The translations under genes and the position numbers were made by a program. Shown here piece by piece: positions 50,233-60,002 of a stretch of 61,933 bases of DNA. Each line of letters starts with the position of its first letter. The stretch's first letter is position 1. The notes beneath the pieces are model-generated. The model searched no databases and was not told where the DNA came from. It saw only the letters and a program-made list of their open reading frames with translations. The DNA is from Ignavibacteriales bacterium. GTDB lineage: Bacteria; Bacteroidota; Ignavibacteria; Ignavibacteriales; Melioribacteraceae. The stretch is taken from positions 1 to 61,933 of the forward strand of contig JAFGPR010000277.1 of NCBI GenBank assembly GCA_016936095.1, read 5' to 3'.

Positions 50233-51390
50233 ATGAAGAAGTTGATAGCGTTTTTGCTATTAGGAGCAATGTCTTTCGGACTTATTGCTTATCAATGTGG
50301 GTCAACAGAAATGACCAGTGCCAAGCTTTATATTGATCAAAAGAATTACCCTAAAGCTCAAGAATTTTTAGAAAAAGAATTAGCAAAAAATCCCAAGAAT
50401 GATGAGGCTTATTACTATTTAGGTGCAGTCAATGGTGAACTAGGTGATTATGATCAGATGCTAGTGAATTTTAATAAATCGTTAGAGATCAGTAAGAACT
50501 ACGAAACGAGAATTAATGAACAAAAAGCTTTTTATTGGGGTAAATTTTTCAATCTTGGTGTGATGGCTTACAATAATGCTACCAATGCAACTGACGATGA
50601 TAGTGTGAAAATGCATTTTGAAAAAGCAGCAGAAAATTTCCAATTTGCAATTACTTGCCTACCTGACTCAGGAGGTACTTATAAAAATCTAGCTTACACT
50701 TATTTAAATTTAGGTCAACCAGAAAGATCGTTAGATCCATTACGTTCAATGGTTAAAAATGTTAAATCAGCTGAATCTTATGAATTGCTTGGTGAACTAT
50801 TATATAAAACAGGTGCTGGTTTACAAGAAAAGAAAACTAAAGAAGATAGTATAGAAGCGTTAAATTATTTCAATGAGGCAATTACTGCGTTAACCGAAGG
50901 AAAACAAAAATATCCTAATAACGAAAATATAATGGTATTTCTTGGTTACGCATATGTATCAGCAGATAGGGTTGAAGATGCAATAGATGCATTTCAAGCA
51001 AGTGTAAACACAGATCCAAACAATCAACATTATAGATATAATTATGGTTCAATCTTATTGAACATGAATGAATTTGATTTAGCAGAAGAACAGTTGAAAA
51101 AGGCTTTAGAACTTGATCCTAATTACAAAAATGCAATTTACAATCTCGCAGTAAATTATATTAAATGGGGAGAGAAAATTCGATTAGATGCTGAAGCACA
51201 AGAGATTCAGACAGAAGAACATAAAGCGAAATTCCAAGCAGCAATTCCATTACTGAATAAGTACCTTGAAATGGAACCAAATGAAGTCGCAATATGGAAT
51301 TTATTAGGAAAAGTTTATGCCAACTTGAATATGACAGAAGAAGCAATGAAGGCATTTGAGAGAGCAGAACAATTGATGAATCAAAATTAA
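50233..51390 (+). CDS. TPR-repeat protein with signal peptide
   Basis: Signal peptide with a Cys at residue 22, and multiple TPR-like units (EAYYYLGAV, ALELDPNYKNAIYNLA, AMKAFERA). Confidence 0.75.
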   Translation: MKKLIAFLLLGAMSFGLIAYQCGSTEMTSAKLYIDQKNYPKAQEFLEKELAKNPKNDEAYYYLGAVNGELGDYDQMLVNFNKSLEISKNYETRINEQKAFYWGKFFNLGVMAYNNATNATDDDSVKMHFEKAAENFQFAITCLPDSGGTYKNLAYTYLNLGQPERSLDPLRSMVKNVKSAESYELLGELLYKTGAGLQEKKTKEDSIEALNYFNEAITALTEGKQKYPNNENIMVFLGYAYVSADRVEDAIDAFQASVNTDPNNQHYRYNYGSILLNMNEFDLAEEQLKKALELDPNYKNAIYNLAVNYIKWGEKIRLDAEAQEIQTEEHKAKFQAAIPLLNKYLEMEPNEVAIWNLLGKVYANLNMTEEAMKAFERAEQLMNQN

Positions 51391-51417
51391 TAGAATGAAT
51401 TTTTAAAGATAAATTTT

Positions 51418-51452
51418 AACCCGATTTCATTTTGGAATCGGGTTATTATTTT
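51418..51452 (+). terminator. Rho-independent terminator after the TPR gene
   Basis: AACCCGATT (51418-51426) pairs with AATCGGGTT (51436-51444), followed by ATTATTTT. Confidence 0.75.
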
Positions 51453-51481
51453 ATATTAGCAAAAATAATAAAGAGGTAAAT

Positions 51482-51808
51482 ATGCCAGATGAAAAAGAAA
51501 TAAAATCACAACAAATTAATATTGAGTTTAATGAAAAAGAAGCCGAGGGAATTTACGCAAATTTAGTATTAATTACTCATTCGCCTGCTGAGTTTATATT
51601 GGACTTTACACGAGTACTACCGGGTATACCAAAAGCGAGAGTATATTCAAGAATTATTACAACTCCACAACACGCGAAAATGTTCTTGAAAGCGTTAAAA
51701 GAAAACATTGAACGGTTTGAAAAAAAATTTGGAGAAATTAAAGTCGAAGGTTCACCTACACCACATTTTGGTTTTACGAATATTGAAAAACCAGATAAAG
51801 TAAATTAA
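51482..51808 (+). CDS. DUF3467-family protein
   Basis: 108 aa. The AEGIYANLVLITHSPAEFILDF...ARV.SRIITTPQHAKMF pattern matches DUF3467 as I recall it. Confidence 0.65.
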   Translation: MPDEKEIKSQQINIEFNEKEAEGIYANLVLITHSPAEFILDFTRVLPGIPKARVYSRIITTPQHAKMFLKALKENIERFEKKFGEIKVEGSPTPHFGFTNIEKPDKVN

Positions 51809-51831
51809 GTTGAAAATTTGATAATAAATAG

Positions 51832-52914
51832 TTATTTCTGAGCTCGCATAATATTTATCACACCACCAACTAAAAAAATCATATTTGGTAACCAAGCTGT
51901 GATTAGTGGGTCTAAAACTCCATTCTTTCCAAACGATTCACTCATTTTGCTGACTGCCAAGTAAATGAATGCTATCATTACACTGATTCCAAATTGTATT
52001 GCCATTCCTCCTTTGCGACGATTTGCCGAGATTGGTAAAGCAAACAATAAAATTATAAAACTAGCAAAAGCAAATGATATTTTTGTATTATATTCTATTA
52101 AAATTCTTGTCGGATCATTTCCAGCTTGGAGTTGTTCCTTGGCATAATCATCCAATTCGCTTAAAGTCATTTCTGCAGGTTTTCTTTGTTTTTTGATTAC
52201 ATCTTCAGGAGTAAAATTCAAATCATTTAATTGCATCGAAGTAAAAGGAGTGAAGGATTCGTTAAATTCTTCAAAACTTCTTTTAACACCGTTATAAACA
52301 ATCCATTCTTTATTGAGTGTGTCATATAGCATTTTATCAGCATCAATGCGAAAAACCATTTGTTCTTTATTGTTTGTGTTGAAATCAAGTATGGTTACTT
52401 TGTTTGCTGTACTTGCAACTACATCATAATAATTAATCGATACAATTCGAGTATTACTGTCCTGAAATAAAATTCTATCGCTACTATATTCAATTCCCTT
52501 TTTCAAATAAGTCTGACCGAGATATTCTTTGTCCTTGTTTGCCATAGGAACAAGATAACCACCAAAATAAATAGAGAAAATACTTATTAAAAATCCAACT
52601 ACAAGAAATGGAACCATATACCTGTAAAGACTAATCCCACTTGATTTCATAGCAGTAACTTCATTTTGAGTTGACATACGTCCTACAGTAAATAAACAAG
52701 CAAGTAATACAGATACAGGAATCATTAAGCGGAAAATTTCCGGCATAAACACACCATAATATCTTATGATAATATCAAAAGGAACATTATGATCTACAAA
52801 GTCGTCAAGATTTTCCATTAAATCAATGACTAAAAATAATGAAAAGAATGTAATTAAGGCAAAAATGATTGTTTGAATAAATTGCTTAATTAAATATTTA
52901 TCAAGTATTTTCAT
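51832..52914 (-). CDS. LptF/LptG-family LPS export permease (downstream copy)
   Basis: Start moved from 52968 to ATG 52914 (MKILDKYLIKQF, the canonical YjgP/YjgQ N-terminus). 14-nt overlap with the upstream copy. Confidence 0.85.
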   Translation of the reverse strand: MKILDKYLIKQFIQTIIFALITFFSLFLVIDLMENLDDFVDHNVPFDIIIRYYGVFMPEIFRLMIPVSVLLACLFTVGRMSTQNEVTAMKSSGISLYRYMVPFLVVGFLISIFSIYFGGYLVPMANKDKEYLGQTYLKKGIEYSSDRILFQDSNTRIVSINYYDVVASTANKVTILDFNTNNKEQMVFRIDADKMLYDTLNKEWIVYNGVKRSFEEFNESFTPFTSMQLNDLNFTPEDVIKKQRKPAEMTLSELDDYAKEQLQAGNDPTRILIEYNTKISFAFASFIILLFALPISANRRKGGMAIQFGISVMIAFIYLAVSKMSESFGKNGVLDPLITAWLPNMIFLVGGVINIMRAQK

Positions 52915-54277
52915 TTTCGCTGCTCTCAACTCTAAATCGTTTAGGTAATAATTTTTTGAGAAAATCAAAGTTTAGTGTTACTGTTTCTTTAGCACACTTA
53001 ATAATTAGTATAATTCCCAAAACACCAAGTAATATGTTTGCACTCCACATACTCCAGAAAGGAGATAAAAGTCCACGGTCAGCTAATTTTTCACCACCAA
53101 TTAAGAAAATCCAATAAATTAAAAAGAAAAATAAACTTACTCCAGCAGCTATTCCGATTCCACCACGTCGTATCATTGTTCCAAGTGGTGCTCCAATTAA
53201 AACGAAGATGATGCAAGCCACAGGTAGTGAATATCTTTTGTGAACTTCTACCCAATATTCATTTGAAAGGTTTTTATTGTTTTGGATAAGCTGAATTGTG
53301 GATTTAATAGAATTTTGTGTTGCTATCAAATTTTCTCTAACTTTTAAATAAACGAAACTACGTGTGTCGTCTAGATTCCCTCGTTCCATCTCAACTGGAT
53401 ATGAATTTTTTATAAGCATACTAACAATAATTTTTTCTGTTAAATCTTTTTTATAGATTAAACCAACTGAATCTATAACAGCTACATCAACCAACAATTC
53501 TTGAGCACCAAGTTCCCGTTCACTTCGTCGTTCTCCAGCGATTGTTTCTTGAAAGGAAAATTGTTCAGCATGCATGGCTATTCTGTGATTTTCAAATATT
53601 AGTTTTCTATATTTGACCTTGTAGATATTGTCAGATTGATGAATTTCACCATTTTTTAGATCTAATATTAATCTTTTCCGATCTTTTGAGAAATATATTT
53701 TCCCTTCTTTTGCTTTGATTATATTAAGAACTTCGGCATTTGAATAATCAAATACGATTACATCGTAAAGAATTTCGTTTTTCTGGTCTTCCTCGCGAAA
53801 CATTATAGCATAATATGGCACATCTTGAGAGAATACACCAGGGACTAGGGATAAGGTTGGTTTTTGTTGAGCAATATCGGCGCGTAAAACTTTTGCAGTA
53901 TAATTCATTTGGGGATAAACATAATTGTTAAATTGTACAAGTAAATACGCAAGAACAACACTGGCAATAATTGGAAATACTAACATTCTATATAAACTGA
54001 CACCAGAAGCTTTGAAAATTGCTATTTCATTATTCTGAGCCATATTGCCAAATGCCATAAGGGTAGAAATAAGAGCTGACATTGGTACAGCTAATACTGT
54101 TAAATGTCCTAAATTATAAACTATAAATTTACCAATAACCCAGTAACTTAATCCTTTTCCTATTAGCATATCTGCGTGTTTCATCAGATACTGAAGAAGT
54201 AAAACTGAAATAATAATGAAATTAGAAAAAATAAATGGGAAGAAATGATTTTTTAAAATATACCGGTCAATTATCAT
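52901..54277 (-). CDS. LptF/LptG-family LPS export permease (upstream copy)
   Basis: Start moved from 54313 to ATG 54277 (MIIDRYILKNHF). Six-TM YjgP/YjgQ architecture with a large periplasmic insert. Confidence 0.85.
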   Translation of the reverse strand: MIIDRYILKNHFFPFIFSNFIIISVLLLQYLMKHADMLIGKGLSYWVIGKFIVYNLGHLTVLAVPMSALISTLMAFGNMAQNNEIAIFKASGVSLYRMLVFPIIASVVLAYLLVQFNNYVYPQMNYTAKVLRADIAQQKPTLSLVPGVFSQDVPYYAIMFREEDQKNEILYDVIVFDYSNAEVLNIIKAKEGKIYFSKDRKRLILDLKNGEIHQSDNIYKVKYRKLIFENHRIAMHAEQFSFQETIAGERRSERELGAQELLVDVAVIDSVGLIYKKDLTEKIIVSMLIKNSYPVEMERGNLDDTRSFVYLKVRENLIATQNSIKSTIQLIQNNKNLSNEYWVEVHKRYSLPVACIIFVLIGAPLGTMIRRGGIGIAAGVSLFFFLIYWIFLIGGEKLADRGLLSPFWSMWSANILLGVLGIILIIKCAKETVTLNFDFLKKLLPKRFRVESSENENT

Positions 54278-54418
54278 AGTCAAACAAACAAAATTAATTT
54301 TATTACAATACAATTTATCAAAAAAAATACTGAATTCAAATTGACTATAACTAGTTTTTTGACTTTTATATTAAGAAATTATAAGCGAATTTAAATAATT
54401 AAATTATTAAAGGTAAAT

Positions 54419-55780
54419 ATGCATTATCTCATTTATTTTTTCTTTATTATACTTTTACAATTACAAGCACAAAAATTAAATCAACAGACAGCCAAAGAAT
54501 TTCTAAATTTTTTAATATTGAATGATTCGAATATCATAAATTATATTGACCAAGAGGAATTACAAAGAAGTTTAAGGTTGGGTATAACATATAATGATTA
54601 TTTAAATAAGTTCATGATATCCTATGATATTGATGATTATGTAAAAATTGAGGAGAATAGAAATTGTCAAATTAATTTAGTTGAACTTCAAGATGGTTAT
54701 CAAAAAGTTGATTTTTTATTTTATAAACAAAATTATAAGAAAACATATTTTTTCAGCGAAGGTTATTTCATTTCACCAATTTATTACTATTCAAGAAATT
54801 GGTCAATTGTTGAAAGTAAATATTTTATCTTTTACGTTTCTGATACCAATAAAATTAATGAGTATTCAATTAAGAAGTTGGATGATTTTGTTGATAATAT
54901 GCTGATTAAGTTTAATTTTAATGAAGATGAAATTGAAATACTTGAAAAAGAAAAAATATTCTATTTCTTATGCAAAGATGAAGAAGAAATTGAAAAATTA
55001 ACAGGTTTTCGTACACGTGGAATATATATTATTGCATACGATTATATTGTTTCAATTTTTAGTACACACTATCACGAGTTGGTTCATCTTTTAGTTAATT
55101 ATAAATTGAAAAGCTTGAATATAAACACTCATCCATTTTTTCAAGAGGGCTTAGCAGTAGCATTTGGTGGTAGAGGTGGAAATGAACCGCAAGTAATTTT
55201 AGAATTAGGGGCATTTATCGAAAAAGCTAATTTAATTTCTTATGAAGATTTATTATCAAGTAATAATTTCAACAATATAGATGCAAGTATAAGTTATCCT
55301 ACTTGTGGATTATTCTCTTATTTTTTAATTCAAAAAATTGGAATTGACAAATATTTGAGTTTGTACAAAAAATATAGTTTTTCAAATTATTTCGATGACA
55401 ATATTTTGATTGATATAAATTACTTTCCAGATAAAAAATCTTACATGAAATATGTCCAAGAAATTAACAATTCAATTTATTTCTCTCAAGATACGGAAAA
55501 TTATAATCAAATTTTGTCGGGTGAGAATTACAAAATATTTGAGGATGAAACATCTTATCTATTTCAACTAAAAGATACTACTATTGTTGAGTTTGGAAAT
55601 GAAGATAAAATGAAATATCAATATAATTTCCAAGTAAATCAAAATGAGATTTCAATATTTGATCTTCAAACGAATAATTTAATCACAAAATTTGCTACAG
55701 GATTTTCAATTGATGGAGTATTAGTTCCATTTTATGGTGGATATTGGACATTTTCTGTTAGAAAAAGTATTTTCAATTAA
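54419..55780 (+). CDS. Secreted protein with HExxH motif (peptidase MA-clan-like)
   Basis: Signal peptide. HELVH at 55073-55087, followed about 25 aa later by FFQEGLAVAFGG, resembling the Peptidase_MA_2 arrangement. Confidence 0.5.
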   Translation: MHYLIYFFFIILLQLQAQKLNQQTAKEFLNFLILNDSNIINYIDQEELQRSLRLGITYNDYLNKFMISYDIDDYVKIEENRNCQINLVELQDGYQKVDFLFYKQNYKKTYFFSEGYFISPIYYYSRNWSIVESKYFIFYVSDTNKINEYSIKKLDDFVDNMLIKFNFNEDEIEILEKEKIFYFLCKDEEEIEKLTGFRTRGIYIIAYDYIVSIFSTHYHELVHLLVNYKLKSLNINTHPFFQEGLAVAFGGRGGNEPQVILELGAFIEKANLISYEDLLSSNNFNNIDASISYPTCGLFSYFLIQKIGIDKYLSLYKKYSFSNYFDDNILIDINYFPDKKSYMKYVQEINNSIYFSQDTENYNQILSGENYKIFEDETSYLFQLKDTTIVEFGNEDKMKYQYNFQVNQNEISIFDLQTNNLITKFATGFSIDGVLVPFYGGYWTFSVRKSIFN

Positions 55781-55943
55781 ATGTTGACATTCAAGAATAT
55801 ATTTTTATTAAAAAATCTAGACTAAAATTATATAATTTAAATCCTTATTTATATTTGTTCCCAAATACTTACCTTGATTTTATAACAATTTATAAGTAAA
55901 ATTGTTATTTAAATTTATAAATTAAAGAAAAAGAGGATAAACT

Positions 55944-57923
55944 ATGCGAAAATTCTTGTTTTCAATTTTGCTGTGCAGTTTTTTATTTATTTTAATTTCT
56001 TGCACATCAGAACGTTCAAGTATTCTGGTTTCAGAATTTGGTGATGAGAAATTAACAATGGGAGAATTTGAAAAAGCATATCAGAAACATGCTGGTGGTT
56101 ATGAAAATGCAAAAGATGATTCTTTAGAGCAGCTAAAGAATTTTTTGGATTTGTATGTTAATTTTAAGATGAAAATTAAGGATGCAAATAGTCGAGGATT
56201 GAACAATGATCCTGCTATAATAAGTGAATATGAGGGTTACAAAAAACAAGTAGGTATATCATATATTGTTGAAAAACAATTAATCGAACCAACCGTTAAA
56301 GAAATGTATGAGAGAAGAAAAGTTGAGTATCGTGTAAGTCACATTATGATTGTTCCAAATGATATGACGCCGACAGAAGCGAATGATTTATCACAAAGAA
56401 TTATTGATAGTATTAATACGGGTGGTAGTTTTGAAAAATTTGCTCTAAAATATTCTGATGATAATTATTCCAAAAAGGTTGGTGGTGATATTTACTACAT
56501 AACAGGAGGACAAGTACCTTACGAATTCGAAGATGCTGTTTATGCGACTGATGTCAATAAGGTTTACCCTAAACCTGTTAAAACTGATTTTGGTTATCAT
56601 ATAATAAAAGTAACTGATAAGATTGATAGAAAAGAATCTATCAGGGCAAAACATATTTTAGTTGATTTTAAGGATGAAAATGGCAATGTTGATTCTGCAG
56701 CAGCATTAAAACAAATTGAAAGCTATCGAATGCAAATATTAAACGGTGCTGATTTCAGTCAGTTGGCAGCTCAATTTTCTGAGGATAAATATTCAGGGGC
56801 GAATGGTGGCGATTTGGGTTCTTTCCAAAGAAGACAAATGGTTCAACCTTTTGATTATGTAGCATTCAAATTACCTGTTGGTGAATTGTCAGAGATAGTT
56901 AAAACAGATTATGGATATCATTTAATTCAAGTAACAGAAATTTCTCCAATGACAAGTTATGAAAAGCAATTACCCGAACTGAAAAATTTATATAAGCAGA
57001 CAAAATATGATAGTGATCAAGCTAAATTAGTTGAGCAATTGAAAGTTGAAATGAATTATCAATACAATGATGGCAGTGTCGAACAAATTGCGAGCTTAAA
57101 TGACTCAACAACTTTTTCAGAAGAATATTGGACAAGTAATTTCAGAAACAAAACTAAAGACTTTGTTGTTTTCACTCTTAATAAAAAGTCTTTTACTTTT
57201 GATAGTTTAATGGGAAATATTTATTCTGATAAAGACTATTCTGGAAAAAAAATCGCATCGGACTTATTGTATTCAGCATTAAACAAATATGTTTCTAATC
57301 TTGTTTTAGAAGAAAAGGCACAAATTCTTGATAAGAGTGATTTAGAATTTGCTGAACTAATGGATGATTACAAAAACGGGCTTTATATTTTTAAATTGCA
57401 AGAAGAAGAAGTGTGGAATAAACTTGAACTTGATAGTATTAAAATTTATAACCTTTATCTTGAAACAAAAGATAAATATAATTGGCCTGATAGAGTTAAT
57501 TATAGTGAGATCTTTTCTCGAACTGATAGTATAATTAATAATTATTACCAAAGGATTTTGGACGGTGAAGAATTTGATAGTCTTGCAACGAAATTTACAG
57601 AGAAATTTAATTTACGCTCAAAAGCTGGTAATTATGGTTTCGTGGACGTCAATGCCGATGAATTATCTAAAATAGCAAATGAATTAAAAGTTGGAAGTAT
57701 ATCCGAACCGAAAAAAGTTAAGAATGGATTCTCAATAATAAAATTATTAGCAAAAGATCCTGCACGACCAAAAACATTTGAAGAAGCACGTGCAGAGGTT
57801 TCAAGTCAATATCAGGAGATGGAAAGCAAAAGATTAGAAGAAGATTATATCAATAGATTGAAAACAAACTATCAACCAAAATATTATTATGACGAGCTTA
57901 ATAAAGCTTTTAAGGAAGAATAA
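55944..57923 (+). CDS. PpiD/SurA-like lipoprotein chaperone with two parvulin (PpiC) domains
   Basis: Lipobox LISCTS and two rotamase signatures (FGYHIIKV, YGYHLIQV). 659 aa. Confidence 0.8.
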   Translation: MRKFLFSILLCSFLFILISCTSERSSILVSEFGDEKLTMGEFEKAYQKHAGGYENAKDDSLEQLKNFLDLYVNFKMKIKDANSRGLNNDPAIISEYEGYKKQVGISYIVEKQLIEPTVKEMYERRKVEYRVSHIMIVPNDMTPTEANDLSQRIIDSINTGGSFEKFALKYSDDNYSKKVGGDIYYITGGQVPYEFEDAVYATDVNKVYPKPVKTDFGYHIIKVTDKIDRKESIRAKHILVDFKDENGNVDSAAALKQIESYRMQILNGADFSQLAAQFSEDKYSGANGGDLGSFQRRQMVQPFDYVAFKLPVGELSEIVKTDYGYHLIQVTEISPMTSYEKQLPELKNLYKQTKYDSDQAKLVEQLKVEMNYQYNDGSVEQIASLNDSTTFSEEYWTSNFRNKTKDFVVFTLNKKSFTFDSLMGNIYSDKDYSGKKIASDLLYSALNKYVSNLVLEEKAQILDKSDLEFAELMDDYKNGLYIFKLQEEEVWNKLELDSIKIYNLYLETKDKYNWPDRVNYSEIFSRTDSIINNYYQRILDGEEFDSLATKFTEKFNLRSKAGNYGFVDVNADELSKIANELKVGSISEPKKVKNGFSIIKLLAKDPARPKTFEEARAEVSSQYQEMESKRLEEDYINRLKTNYQPKYYYDELNKAFKEE

Positions 57924-58716
57924 AATATTTTTTCTGATATTGTTTTTACATTTTCTTGGTTGTAATGATAAACCAGTTGAAGAAGAGAAAATTGTTGTAA
58001 AAATTGATAAAGACGTGCTTACCGAAGACGAATTGAATAAAAGTTTAATGGATAAAAAATACGAGAAAAAATTTCGGGAAGAATACATTAGACAATGGGT
58101 TGAGAGAGAATTATTATATAGAGAAGCAATCGAATCAGATATTATCGAAAAAATAGAGTTCCAAAAAATATTAGATAATACAAAAAAGGAAATAGCAAAC
58201 TCGTTTTTTCTTAAAAATTATTTTGCTGAAAAAAAAATAGAATTAAGCGAGATTGAATTAAAACAATATTTTGAAAAAAATAAGATGGATTTTGCATTCA
58301 GTGAAGAAATATATGCACTAAATCTTGTTCAATTTATTGATGAAATTGTAGCAATTGATTATAGAGTTTTTTTTATTGATAAAGGTTGGAAGCAATTTAA
58401 AAATCAAATAAAAAGCGATACTAATATTTATTTCAATGGAGAGAATATTTTATTAGCACCACATCAAATTCAACCAGTTGAATTACTTAATGCAATACGA
58501 GCATTAAACCCGGGTGAGGTAAGTATTGTTATTGAGTCGGAACCAAATATATTTACTATTGTTCAATTGATTCAATTTTATGAAAAAGGAAAGATACCTG
58601 ATTATGATTTAGTATCATCCCAAGTCAGAGAAAGATATCAAGCTGAAAAGAAACAAAAATTTTATAAGGACTTAATCGAAGATTTATATATAAAATATAA
58701 TGTAGAAATTAAATAG
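57889..58716 (+). CDS. SurA-N-like lipoprotein (chaperone domain, no clear parvulin signature)
   Basis: Lipoprotein signal KIFFLILFLHFLGC. 35-nt overlap with the upstream gene. Helical SurA_N-like region (YIRQWVERELLYREA). Confidence 0.6.
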   Translation: MTSLIKLLRKNKIFFLILFLHFLGCNDKPVEEEKIVVKIDKDVLTEDELNKSLMDKKYEKKFREEYIRQWVERELLYREAIESDIIEKIEFQKILDNTKKEIANSFFLKNYFAEKKIELSEIELKQYFEKNKMDFAFSEEIYALNLVQFIDEIVAIDYRVFFIDKGWKQFKNQIKSDTNIYFNGENILLAPHQIQPVELLNAIRALNPGEVSIVIESEPNIFTIVQLIQFYEKGKIPDYDLVSSQVRERYQAEKKQKFYKDLIEDLYIKYNVEIK

Positions 58717-58723
58717 GGTCAAA

Positions 58724-59995
58724 ATGAAAAAATTTTTTAGTGTAATATTTCTGCTTTTATCTGTAAATATTTTTTCTCAAGATGTTTTAGATAAGATAGC
58801 TGCCGTAGTTGATAATGAGATAATATTATTATCAGAATTAGATTTTCAAGCAAATTATATCGCAGTCCAACAAAAACTAAACCCCAATGATCCAGAATTA
58901 AGAAAGAGAATATTAAATGTAATGATGGAAGATAAACTTTTATATGCTCAAGCAGAATTAGATTCCATCTCTGTCAGTGATGAGCAAGTAAATAGTCAAC
59001 TTGATTATCAAATAAATTATTTTATTTCGCAATATGGTTCAAAGGAAATTTTTGAACAAACCTATGGTATGACTGTTGACCAAGTTAAGAGAAAACTCTT
59101 TGATGATACACGTAAAAATTTAATGGCTCAAATGCTGAAACAAAAGAAATTTAGCGAAGTTGAAGCATCAAGAAGAGAAGTCGACGAATTTTACAGTGTA
59201 TATAAAGATTCTATAGGTATTATGCCTGAGAAAATTACAATCGCACATATTTATATAAATCCGAATAAAAGTGATCGATTAACAAGAGATGCAAAACAAT
59301 TTACTCAGAATTTATTAGACTCTTTAGAAAACGGGGCAGATTTTGTGTTGTTTGCAAAGAAATATTCTGAGGATTTAAGCAATGCAAACAATGGTGGAGA
59401 TTTAGGTTTTGTAAAACGTGGAACATTTGTTCCAGAATTTGAAGCAGCAGCTTTTGCTTTGGATGAAGGAGAATTTTCTGAGGTTGTTGAATCACCTTTT
59501 GGGTTTCATATTATTCAATTGTTGGAAAGAAGAGGTGAATCAATTCATACGCGACATATTCTTATTAAAATAAAAAGTGATGATGCTGCTGATTTAGATG
59601 CAATAGATAAACTGACAGGGATTAGAGATAGTATCATAAAAGGAAATAATTCTTTCGAGTATTATGCCAGAAAATATAGTGATGACAAAGTAACATCAAA
59701 AGCTGGTGGTAATTTAGGAGTATTCGAACTTCAACAATTAGATAAATCTTTGCTAGAAATTGTTAACAAACTTAAGGAAAACGAAATCAGTTTTCCAAAG
59801 AGAATAAATATTGATAAAACTACATATGGATTTCATATAGTTATGTTAAAGAAAAGGGTAGCAAGTCACAAACCAAATTTAGATACTGATTATGAAGAAA
59901 TTAAAATGCTAGCGAAATATAAAAAACAAGATGATATGTATAAACAGTGGATTAATGAAATTAAACAAAATGTATTTTGGGAAATAAGATTGTAG
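58724..59995 (+). CDS. surA: Periplasmic chaperone/peptidyl-prolyl isomerase SurA
   Basis: Signal peptide, a SurA_N-like region, and two parvulin signatures (FGFHIIQL, YGFHIVML). Confidence 0.85.
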   Translation: MKKFFSVIFLLLSVNIFSQDVLDKIAAVVDNEIILLSELDFQANYIAVQQKLNPNDPELRKRILNVMMEDKLLYAQAELDSISVSDEQVNSQLDYQINYFISQYGSKEIFEQTYGMTVDQVKRKLFDDTRKNLMAQMLKQKKFSEVEASRREVDEFYSVYKDSIGIMPEKITIAHIYINPNKSDRLTRDAKQFTQNLLDSLENGADFVLFAKKYSEDLSNANNGGDLGFVKRGTFVPEFEAAAFALDEGEFSEVVESPFGFHIIQLLERRGESIHTRHILIKIKSDDAADLDAIDKLTGIRDSIIKGNNSFEYYARKYSDDKVTSKAGGNLGVFELQQLDKSLLEIVNKLKENEISFPKRINIDKTTYGFHIVMLKKRVASHKPNLDTDYEEIKMLAKYKKQDDMYKQWINEIKQNVFWEIRL

Positions 59996-60002
59996 GTTTT
60001 TT

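Noticed and set aside
52915-52968. Long N-terminal extensions of both lptF/G-family ORFs (track starts 52968 and 54313), implying a 68-nt overlap
   Set aside because: The canonical family N-termini (MKILDKYLIKQF, MIIDRYILKNHF) begin at internal ATGs 52914 and 54277. The extensions are not hydrophobic or signal-like.
55911-55922. 12-nt perfect palindrome AATTTATAAATT just after the 10-bp inverted repeat
   Set aside because: It is a pure A/T palindrome of this length and is expected by chance in AT-rich intergenic DNA.
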